Shown here piece by piece: positions 50,840 to 61,200 of a DNA stretch of 64,000 nucleotides. Source of the DNA: Thelocarpon superellum. Taxonomy: Eukaryota. The position numbers were made by a program, and so were the translations under genes. The stretch lies in contig JAPEUG010000029.1 of NCBI GenBank assembly GCA_026025795.1, positions 1 to 64,000 on the forward strand. Reading direction: 5' to 3'. Under the pieces are notes generated by a model that was not told where the DNA came from, ran no database searches, and saw only the letters and a program-made list of their open reading frames with translations. Numbering within the stretch: position 1 is the stretch's first letter; each line of letters opens with the position of its first letter.

Positions 50840-52094
50840 TCACATTCCCGCTTGTTCCGCGACCGGACTGCGCAACTTCCCCGTGAGAAGGGCAGAGCGG
50901 ACATTGGACAGGTTCCACTTCTCCATCGCGGCCTGGGTCTCGTAGGTCCACGTGCCCATGTGCGGGATGAGCATGACGTGCGGATTCGAGAGCAGGCCCG
51001 GGTGGATCTGCGGCTCCGCCTCGTACACGTCCAGTCCGCAGCTGAGTACCTTCCCTTCGTCGAGCGCCGCCACCAGTGCCGCTTCGTTCATCACCGCCCC
51101 CCGTGCGCTGTTCACTATCACCACCCCCGTCTTCATCTTGGCGAATTCCGCCGTCGAGATCATGTGGTGTGTTGCTCTCTGAAACCGTGCTCGTCAGTTG
51201 GTGCTGCTGACGAGCGAGAGGAGCAGAAGAGCACGGAGGAGATGGCGGAGAAGGGGGAGGAGGGGGAGAAGGGGAAATGAGATTTGTGTACTCACATTCA
51301 GTGGGAGGTTGAGACTGATCACGTCCGATGTCGACAGGAGCTCGTCAAACGTCACGTATTTGGCGCCACCAGACAATTCCGCGGTCAGTTCGTTGCGGTT
51401 GTGGTACTGCAGCGTCATGCCAAAGGCCTCGGCCTTCTTCTTAAGGTTCCGGCCGATGCCGCCCATGCCAAGGATTCCGAGCACCTTACCCTCGGGATCA
51501 TGTCCCAACGGCGGCGGCGGCTCACCACGCCATTTACCGTCGCGTAGAGCGCGCATGCTCGTGTAGAGTCCACGAAGCGCCCCCAGAATCAGAAACATGG
51601 TGACATCCGCCGTGGCATCGTCGACCGCCGTTGGCACATTCGACACTCGGATGCCACGGGGTGTGCAGACACTCACGTCTACTTGATCGTAGCCGGCCCC
51701 TGTCACAAATGGTCAGTCTTTCCTGAGAGTGGAGGGCAAGAGAACACTCTCGTACGTACCATTGTGGCAAATAAACTTCAGAGTCGTGGGCAAAACCGCA
51801 ACCAGTTCCTCGTCAAACCGTCCCGTCGTGCTCACCGAAGGAAAGGTCCGGTAGGTGGCGACGACGCCATCCAGTCGCCCGCTGCGACATTCCTCTATGA
51901 ATTCGGCCCGAGTCTTTGCAAGAGGCGTGATCAATGTCGCGATCTCGCCCAACGCGTTCCAGTCATCGTGAGCACTATCTCACGGTTACTCCTCACTCTC
52001 GTCGGGCCATGCTGCGTGTCGGACATGAGGAGAAAGGGAAGACCTACTGCTCGATCTCGCCCAGCAAGAGCACCTTTGGCCTGGACATACTCAT
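50840..52094 (-). CDS. D-2-hydroxyacid dehydrogenase (glyoxylate reductase, Gor1-like), 4 exons
   Basis: FICHNG|AGYDQVD, Rossmann motif LGILGMGGIG, DVISLNLPLN, VNSARGAV, GLDVYEAEP and PHMGTWTYET. Confidence 0.92.
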
Positions 52095-52383
52095 GGTTGA
52101 CACCCGGGAACACAATTGCCGTGACGAAACTCAGGCTAGGCGTAGATCGTGAGGAACGAGGGATTTGTAGATGAAGACAGTGTCAAATCCGGGAGAAGGT
52201 CGGCACCAGCACGTTCCCTACCTCTCGTAGGTGACGAAGGTACATGAAGGACGCAGGACGGTCGTGCGATATGTATTCGGCACGCGATACGCTGGCCTGA
52301 ATGCTGCAAGTCCACTGGCACTGGCCCTGGCCCTGACACTGGCCCTGCACTTTGACACGAGAGACACCGAGACCGACACCCCA

Positions 52384-52418
52384 AGTGCAGAGTGCAGAGT
52401 GCAGAGTGCAGAGTGCAG
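52384..52418. repeat. (AGTGCAG)5 heptamer repeat
   Basis: Read directly; lies upstream of the dehydrogenase gene. Confidence 0.9.
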
Positions 52419-54082
52419 ACGGAGACGCGGTCGACGACGCAAACGTCTGCACCGATGCTGCAGACTGCAGCAGGCAGATGGCGTCCCGCTACGCTGGATT
52501 GACGCTGCTTGTGATCCGTCACAGGCAGGGAGCCCCCCACCAAGGGTCAGGTCGGGGATCAGGCCGGGGCACGCGGCTTCCTTCCGACGTTTACGAATTG
52601 CAGACGTCAGACGACACGAGAGCGCGGTGAGAGACGGGGCACGGCGGAGACGGAGCGTGGGCGTCGGGGTGGCGGAGCGGTGTACCCGGCGCCATCGAGC
52701 GTTGGGCGCGGAAGATGGTGACGTGCAATTGTTGATGGAGCGCTGGGGAACGGGCACCGCAGACAGAGCAAATAGCACACACGGCACCACCGTCGCTACC
52801 AGTCTTAGGCATGCCCTGCCACGAGGATCATTGCCCTCGTTATACCAGACCACCACCCGGCTGGCGCCGAGAAGTTGTAGCTTCTACCGGCAGACCCTGC
52901 CCGAGCTAGGGTGAAGGTGGGGGTGGGGAGGGGTGGTGTGCGTGGGAGGTAGAAAATGGGCCGGGGCCGGGGGCCAAGAGGGAGCAGGACCACCAGCAGT
53001 GGCAGCAGCAACAGCGGCGAGCAGCTTCCGGTGCCGGACGCCAATACACGGGCGTATGGTGCCGTGGTAGGTGTACTGCGGCGCCGGGCCCTCAGAGGAC
53101 GGGGTGCGCAATCGGTTCCTGGCACGCCCCATCATGGAGAGTCGGAAGCCGCGCCAAGGCGCAGGACAGTGACAGTGACAGTGTGAGGGCCGGCCCCGGC
53201 GCCAGTGGGTCAAGGATTGCGGGTCTTGGGCCTCGAGCCTTGGGGACCAAGGAGCTAGTCACGGGTAGGCGAGCACAAGATTTGACTGGCGTCCTTCGGG
53301 CGGTCGCGGGCGGCGGGCGGAGGCGTAAGATGCAGATCCGCCAGCGCGATGGTCCCACGATCGGCGACGCCTCCGCCTCGGATCCATCCTCCGGAAGGCG
53401 GTTGTGCGAATCGGTAGACCTGCCTTGGAGCCATCGCCCACCAGGGCGAGGGAAGAGGGCGTGCCAGGTAAAAGCCGCCCAGCCCGGCATCCAACGTCCG
53501 TGCCAATTCTACCCAACTGTCAGGTCCGAACGGATAGGTATGACCTCACCCAGAACTTGACCCTGAACCTCTTCCTTGTCGGATGAGGTTCCCTTCTGGA
53601 CATCCTCGCCCCGTCCTACCGACCACTGTACGCATGTCGCCTCTTGCTGGCTGGTGGGTCCGCCGCCTGTCCATGGCCAGCCGGTGAGTTAGCTCGCTGG
53701 CTAGCCACCGATAACATGAGTCCGCTGTGTTTGTACCACGCGCACGCACGGCAAGCTCAGTCCAGTCTGCAATCCTCCGTCCGCGGCGTGCCCCGAGGGT
53801 GGTGAGGCCGGCACCATCACTCTCAGAGAGGGTGGGGGCACGCCCCATCCCGCGCCGTCGCCCCCGACATCCTTGGACGAATACTCGTACCGGCCCGACG
53901 TAGGTACTCAGGTACGCAGCGACCCAAGGACCCCACAGCTTGGGTCACGGTGTGTGGGCCACGGTGCGATGAGACGCGCGCACGCCCATGCTTGCTACTC
54001 GTCAGTACCCCGTTAAGTGACGACGTGCGACTGCCTCTCGTCACGTCGTGGTCGCGGCTCAATTGCTTCACCTTCTGACGTT

Positions 54083-54124
54083 CACGCCCACGCCCACGCC
54101 CACGCCCACGCCCACGCCCACGCC
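54083..54124. repeat. (CACGCC)7 hexamer repeat
   Basis: Read directly. Confidence 0.9.
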
Positions 54125-54657
54125 CGCGCCCGCAATCACGCCCGCGCCAGGGCCTAGCCCACCAAAGGCGTGGTGACGCGGCGACTCGGAAGAGCCGGCG
54201 ACGTCGGAGACGCCGGCCAGGCCAGCCACAACACCGTCGCAGTCGACGGAGCTTTCCCAATGCAATGCGACTCAGCCGTGTACGAGTCCAGGGTGATTCA
54301 TCTCTTGATTTGCTGTCGCCTATGTAGTCTAGATGTGATCTGATACCTTGTGCGACCTCGCCCAACCAACGTACGCGCCCTTTCTGCGGCCTTTTCATGC
54401 GGGTGCCGTCACCCTCGACGCCCCTTCCCACCTCCCTCCGTGTAAGGTGTGTGATGCGTCTATGTGTGCATCCCCGAACCGACCCCTCCACCAGACAACG
54501 CCGGCCCCGCTGGAATTTCTTCCCTGCCCATTTCCTTCTCGTCACCCTCGCACGTCCATCGGTCCGGTCACCGCCCACGGGAACGGCGGGCCGGACACTT
54601 TATGGCGCTTCCAACCCCCGCCAGACCCTGGGCCGAATCAAAGATGCGAGCATTGCG

Positions 54658-55894
54658 TCACGACATCGCTTCCTCGGGCTCCAATGTCTTGATGGCTGGC
54701 TCGAGCGCCTTCTCCCTGTACCACGGTGAGGGACCTATCAGGGGCAGATCACGTTCCGGAAGAAGCTTCACGGCTGGCTCCGCACACTGGCCGTCACTGC
54801 CGAGAGCGCTGGTGTGCACGGCTAGTTCAGCCTCCATGACATTCTCCAACAGCAGCTCCTTTTCCACCCATTCATTTTTCCTCTGCGCTTCGAGTGCCTC
54901 TACCTCGGCCTGGAGCTCCTGGCGCTCTTCCTCGGCCCATCGTAGCTGTCGGCGTAGCAGGCGGAAAAGCTCGCGCGGGGGCATCAAGCTCTCCTCGGGA
55001 GTCAGCTGGAGATCAGCCGGGTAGGGCTCGACGGCGTGTGTGGATGGTGTGCGACCATTAACGTCGTTCGGCCCAAGGATTTTGCGGTCGTCATCCTCCG
55101 CCTCAATTGCCGCCTCATCTCCCGGATCCGGCGGTTTGGAAGAGAGGATGAGCTTGATCCGCTGGAGCCGCGGCGGGGGGTTGGAGTGATTCCGAGGTAC
55201 GGGGTCGGAGGGCCGTAGAGCCTCTGTTTCGTGAACGGTACGCATGTGCTTGGCCAACGCATCAGAGCGCGTGAAACACCGGTCACATTCTGCGAGCTCA
55301 CGTCAGCCACGGCCCGTCGCTCTGTCTCCATGCCCATCTCTCCCAGCTTCGGCCCCTTCACCCACACGTACCAGGTAGCTGACAGAAGAACGGTTTCTCT
55401 TTGGTGTGGCTCCGCATGTGTGCCCGGAGCGCGTAGCCACTGGCGTGGGGCATGCCCTTCCGGCTGCAGTCGTCCCACTCACAGGCGTACTTCTTTTGTC
55501 GGGTGCCGATGTGGTCGTCGTGAATGTGGTCCACGAGGCTGTCCATGTTGCCTAGGTCACCTGCCGGACACCTATCCCAATGACACACCGTGACCTGCTC
55601 ATGGCCCATGGCCTCTTCATCGTGCGCCCACGAGACCGCCGTGGGCGAGCCAGGGATGTCGCCCGATGTGTCCGACGAGATGTCGGTCTCGGTATCGTTG
55701 ATCGCATGGGGGATGGACGACGTTGGGTCCCAGGCCTGCGCGAGCCGCGGGCGCTTGAGCGGCGGCATCGTCGACGCATCGTGCCTGTGGTCCGGTAGGC
55801 CATCAAAGTTCAGATCTCGGTCTTCGGTCCTGCCGTCCTCGGCGAACTCGTCCGAGGGCAAGGAAGACAGTGGAGACCCAGGTGACTCGGCCAT
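54658..55894 (-). CDS. C2H2 zinc-finger protein, INO80 complex subunit Iec1-like, 2 exons
   Basis: Three fingers: CHWDRC...HIHDDH, CEWDDC...HMRSH, and TKEKPFFCQLP|ECDRCFTRSDALAKHMRTVH. C-terminal LFRLLRRQLRWAEEE...EWVEKELLLE. Confidence 0.82.
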
Positions 55895-56584
55895 GGTGGG
55901 GAGATCCGACGATGGCAGCCTAGTAGAAGGCGGTGGGCGATACGGTTGTGTCTGGGGGTGAGGACAGCTTGAGATTGTTGTCGGCCTTTGGTCCTCGGGG
56001 CCTTTCTTAGACTCCAGCGATCTTGTTCGATCTGTCTAACGGCGATGCTGAAAGTCTTCATTGGCTATTCGCCGTTAGCCACTGATCACTACTATCTCCC
56101 TTACGTAAGCCTGGTTTCTCGACCTCGAACCCGGCCGATCCTCGCCTCGCGAAACGGTCGGTCGCTTCCCAAACCTTGGGATGTGCCAGATGAATCAATC
56201 AAAGGACACAACTTGAGTCGATCGATGTTCTTGGCAATGTGGGGAGCATCTGCTCTGTACGTCTGCAAGCCAATCTGCCATCCAATTCGGCAAGTATAGT
56301 GTGGGGACAAATGGGAACAACCTCTCTTGATAGGAACATACTCACCAGCCTGCAGTCTTGGAACGCTCCGTGGTCAAGGGGCTACCACAGCAGCCCTTAC
56401 TCGGAGCACTGGATATCTAAACGTCCCCAAGAATATCGAGAACTAATACCTACGGGTGTTTGCCCATCTCTAGACTGCCCTAGCCATCGCAAGGTCTTGG
56501 GCAGTTGCACGGCTTCACCTAGGTTGAATCGCGTCGTGTTCCGTCACTACTACATTATACATATGCATATTCCCAATGCCGTCA

Positions 56585-57927
56585 TCAAGCGCCCTTTCCA
56601 CTGGCGCGTGCCGACCGACGCCTTCCTGGTGCGGTTGCTGTGCCTGTCTCAGCACTCCGTTTCGGTTTCTTTGATCTACTCTCATCAGCCGCGACACCGT
56701 TGCCCTTGGCAGCTCCGGCCGCCTTCCGTTTCTTCGTGCTGGGGGACTTAACCGGTGGGGAGACTTTGCCGCTGGAGGTCTTCTTCGTCTCTGCGTGTCG
56801 CGCAGATTGGATTGGCTTGGCCGCGTGCTTGGCCGCGTTCTTGGTCTGGCCCTCATCCTTGATGCCTGTACTCTCGTCCAGATCTTCCGAATCGACCTCG
56901 TCCGCATCGAAGTCTCCCGCCACTGGTCCCGTCTTTTTCTGCACGCTAGGCACCACCGCACTGGTCCGTCCACCGACGGTCAGGAAGATGATCTTGTTGC
57001 CGTTGGGGAGCTTGTTGTCCTTCTTGCCCTTGCCCCATCGATATTTCATCAGCCACTCGGCCGGGAAGGCGTTCGAATCGGCGAGCGTGTCGACGGCGAT
57101 GGTGCATATATGATGCAGGGACTTATGTAGCTGCACCAGTTGAGCGTCTCTCAACGAATCCGTGTACTGTTCGGGATGGATCTTGGCGTGGTAGAGAATC
57201 TCGTCCCTAGCACAAGATGGTCAGTACAACCTCACACAAGACTGCCGGCGCATCAAGGAAAACCAACCCAACCCAATTGCCCACGCCACTGAGATTTGCC
57301 TGGTTCAGCAAAAAGGCCTTCACCGGCACTTTCTTGCTCCGGACCTTCTGCACAAACCAATCCTTCGTCACAAGCTCGCGGTCCTGCACCGGATCCGGCC
57401 CATTTTCGCTGAGAGGAGGAACCTGGCGAATCTTAGTCTGATCGCAATCCAGCAGTCGGATCCGTCCGAATCGACGCGAATCGACAAAGGCTGCTTGGCA
57501 TTTGGGCTCCTCTTTCGTCTCCAAGATGAACTTCCAATATTTTGGAGGCCATGCTTCCTCGGCGCCATTGCCTGACCTGTAGTAGGTCGTATCTTCGTTC
57601 GAAAATTTGATCCATGCTGTCATGCCCAAATGAAACAGTCCGTGGGGAGGTGCGGACATGACGAGCCTAAAAAGCGCATCCCAGTCAGCACCTTGTCACG
57701 AGGTCACGCCGGTGAAACATGCAGGAGGCCGACCAGAAGTATTTCCCTTGCTGTCGCGCATCCAAGACCTTCTTCCCAACCATTCCCTTCTGGAACTCTG
57801 CCGCCGTCGTTCCGACTTTGTTGTAGACGTTCGTGTCATCCTGCACCTTGACCGACGCCAGCGTCTTTCCGACCAGGTGCTTCCGCAGGTAATGCACCAC
57901 TCGCGCCACTTCCCCAATTTCAGGCAT
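56585..57927 (-). CDS. Formamidopyrimidine-DNA glycosylase (Fpg/MutM family), 3 exons
   Basis: Catalytic N-terminus MPEIGEV, QQGKYFW, FHLGMT, DSRRFGRIRL, GPDP, H2TH segment LLNQANLSGVGNWVG|DEILYHAKIHP and VGGRTSAVVP. Basic tail. Confidence 0.93.
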
Positions 57928-58057
57928 AATGAGATTGTGAGGGAAATCCGAAGTACGTGATAAGTACAGCCAAGACAATGACGCTGGCGGGAGGCGAGAT
58001 CCCGTTTAGACTCTCGTCGTACATGCCATCTGATTCATCGCCGCGTCGTGCGAGGAA

Positions 58058-58085
58058 ACGCGTGATCACGTGAGATATTGATTGG
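58058..58085. promoter_or_regulatory. Clustered MCB (ACGCGT), E-box (TCACGTGA) and reverse CCAAT motifs in the FPG/MIX23 divergent promoter
   Basis: ACGCGT at 58058-58063, TCACGTGA at 58066-58073 and ATTGG at 58081-58085. Confidence 0.4.
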
Positions 58086-58331
58086 TCAGGCGTTTCCATG
58101 TCTGAGACGCTGCAAGACGTCATCGTTAAACGATAGCAACCTTTCAGCTACCGTCTACGAGTCCTTTACGAAGGCCGGGACCGTCACTGCAGCCTGCGTC
58201 TGGGGAGCGGAATAGGTCGGCAAGTCGAGGTCAGGGAGAGTTCATCGATGCCGCAGCAGGCCGACTTCTTCTGGACTCGATCCGCCTTGGAAGCGTCAAG
58301 CTCTCCAACATCGTCGGGCGCCCCGCTCAAG

Positions 58332-58980
58332 ATGTCTCGGGCCGCACGGCAGCCACAGCTCGTGCCCCAATTCTGCTTCTCCACCACCGCGCTTCGAGGT
58401 GGGGTGCGCGGTCAGGTACTTCTGTGCGCTGCGGTCTAATACAATTGGCGCATCCGCAGACTTCCTCCGAACCTCACGTTCCTCGATTGACGATTCCATC
58501 ACGCAGAATCTCAATGGTCTGATCCAGCCCGCAGGCCTTGGCTTTGACCCCTCGTCTACCACCTCGCGACAAATTCGGCCCTCGCAGCGGCCGCTGATCG
58601 ATGCACGGTCATGCCAATGGTTCAAGGATGAGGTGCTCTTCCCCTCATGGCAGACTCGATCCGACGTATTGAATTACTGCGCCCTCATCGCCGCGTCGCC
58701 CGACCCCGAGGATCCGGAGTCACTTCTCCGGGAAGCCGAGAGTGCGCGAGAACGCGAACGCATCGTGGACGAGCGCTTGGACCCCTACTCTGGGCGATTC
58801 TCTCCTCGAGAGACGCGCACCGAAGTCCTGGCCGGCATCGTACGGAACGAGCGAGGCGTGGAGAACATTATTCGGGCACGGACGTGGACCCTGGTCAGCG
58901 ACCGATGCGGAATGACGGGAGAAGGCTGGGAGGTCGCCTTGAATGAATGGCGACGAAGACGGGAGGATGGACAGCGGTGA
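58332..58980 (+). CDS. MIX23: Mitochondrial intermembrane-space protein Mix23 / caffeine-induced death protein Cid2 family, 2 exons
   Basis: PQFCFSTTALR|DFLRTSRSSIDDSITQNLN, LFPSWQTRSDVLNYC, DERLDPYSGR and NERGVENIIRARTW...RC. Confidence 0.82.
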
Positions 58981-59745
58981 CGCGGCGTGGACATAGCTAC
59001 TCAGAAATCAATTCCCCCCTCACGTCGCCCACTTCTGGCCACGACCAAAGGATGTGAGGCTCCGCGCCAGTACCGGGTGACTCTCCGTGACACTACAGCC
59101 AGCTGGTCGTGATGCATTCCCTCGCGGTCGGATGCCCAGCCGAAAAGGGTGGTGGTCTCAACGAAGGGGGAAGCTCGAGCATTAACCGTGCGGCCTAAGG
59201 CGAGGGTCCTCGGGAGTACTTGTACGGGGTGTTTGGCTGCCGGCCCGGGCGATTGTCCCGCGATGAGCAGATTTCAGGTGGCCCGATGGCGTGAGATGGC
59301 GAAACTTCGGTAGCGCAGCACCGACCCACGGTACGCAACCGACTTCACACGCAACCGACCCCACTAACGAAGCGGTCAGGGGAACACGTTGGCCCTCATT
59401 TGTGCGCCGGCGAAGACGCCATAACTCGTGGCAATGGGGCGAGATGGTTGGGACAAGATGACTGATACAAGTAGTCTGTCTCCCATCGTGTGGTGGACTG
59501 GTCGGTGGACGCTGCACTCACTTTCGTTCTTCCTCTCTCATTCGCACGTTCCTTCCCCCAGCTGGCGGAACGACTCCACGCCACAGCGCCACGGTACCAG
59601 AGTACCACAGTTCCAGAGTACCAAGATACCAGACCTATTTTCATTCAGTCCGTGGTGGCTCTTTGTCTTTGCGTCAGAGTATGAACGCATTGTCGGCGGC
59701 GCTTCCCATCTCGATCGGCCCCAATTGCGGTGATCGATCACCACG

Positions 59746-60438
59746 ATGGTGATGAGCAATGACGCTCCCGTAGCCTACGATGGGGCGATGGCTCAAGCAG
59801 CATTCCAAGAGAAAGCTGGAGACGAGCGCGGTAGCAATCTCCTGGTGGTGTCGCCCTACACGAACGCCTCTCACCTTTTCGAGCTCAATTCCGTCAGCCC
59901 TCCTAATCGACTGCTCGCCCAAGCTCTGACCGTGATGAGGGCGACGCGTGATGATTACGCCGTCGGTCCCTACACCGACGTCTTCAACTGGGATGAGGTC
60001 GTCGAGCGTGTTCGCGCTCTATCCGAGGAGGAACACTTTACCTGGCGCACCGCCTCTTTCTACGTGGTCGTGTTCCGATCACGTGTGCCGCCCTGGACGG
60101 ATCGAACGCATCTAGCCGCGCTGGACATCAAGTCGCACGAAGAGGCCATCGAAAGCGGAGGCCTCCTGAAGTGAGCCTTCCTCGTGATATCACCTGCCGG
60201 AAGATTGCTGACCATCCCTCCCAGATATTGGTTCGGCGTGCCGGATGCGGATGGGCGGAACCTGGCCACGTGCGTCTGGCGAGAGCGGAACGACGCCCGA
60301 CAAGGCTCCAAGGGAGATGGTCATCGGCGCGCGGTACTGGCGACCCAAGGCCTGTACACTGAGTGGAAGCTGGAGCGACTACGACTGACGATTCACGACG
60401 ACGCTCGCGCTTGGGACATTGCCGAATGGGAGGACTGA
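59746..60438 (+). CDS. Conserved fungal protein, UPF0643 (PB2B2.08-like) family, 2 exons
   Basis: LVVSPY, LTVMRATRDDYA..PY...FNW, FYVVVFRS, LD..SH.EA..SGGLLK|YWFGVPDADGRNLATCVW. Confidence 0.72.
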
Positions 60439-61096
60439 TAGCTGGGCCATCGGCGTATCCACCCTCGACTTCTCGACCACGGTGGATTCTCCACGGACCC
60501 TTCATGGACATGAGCACGATCACTGTGCTCCCCTTCTTAATGGCTCTCTCGATCTCTCTTGCATTAGATGGCGATTTCGAGCAGGTCGGGGCGGGCGTGA
60601 CTGCGACTAGACTGCCGGGTTTGTTTCTAGACGTGCGGTGAGAATACCTACGGCGAAGGAGGAGAGCCCTTAGCGCAGGTTGACGGAAACGAACTTTTGT
60701 GCGATAGAGATCGAATCAAAAATTTCCCATCACGTCCGCTTCCTGCCTGAGACCGTGGCTCTGCATGTGTCTAGAGCGTTCCAAGAGACCCCAGTAGCGG
60801 TGGCAGATGTCGTATTCCTCATCGTCCGAGATTTGTGATGTGGCGTAATTACCCCGGGTTGGAAAAGCAAATATGCAGCGGCTGCAGCTCTTGGGGCTAA
60901 AATAGCACTCGGCCCACCGCGGGGCAGACGGCCGACTGCGGACCCCCACGACCTCTGCTTTTGCCCGCATCCTTGCACAGTCCGGAAGAATCTGTAGCTA
61001 GCAGCAGATCTTCCAATACCAACCTCTACAGCACTTTTCTGTTCCTCTCTCCACCCCCCATCTTGCGACGTGGATCTCACTCGCTCACCTTTGAAA

Positions 61097-61153
61097 GTAA
61101 GTGTGAGGCTTTGATGCCGCTGTTCCGTCGTGGGCCACCAGCTGACACCACAG
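61097..61153 (+). other. Putative 5'-UTR intron of SAH1
   Basis: Perfect GTAAGT donor at 61097, GCTGAC branch at 61141 and CAG acceptor ending at 61153. At 57 nt it matches the size of other introns here. Confidence 0.7.
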
Positions 61154-61200
61154 ATCATTGTCCCTCCCCAGCCGGCCTTGTCCATTCATCCCTGCCCGTC

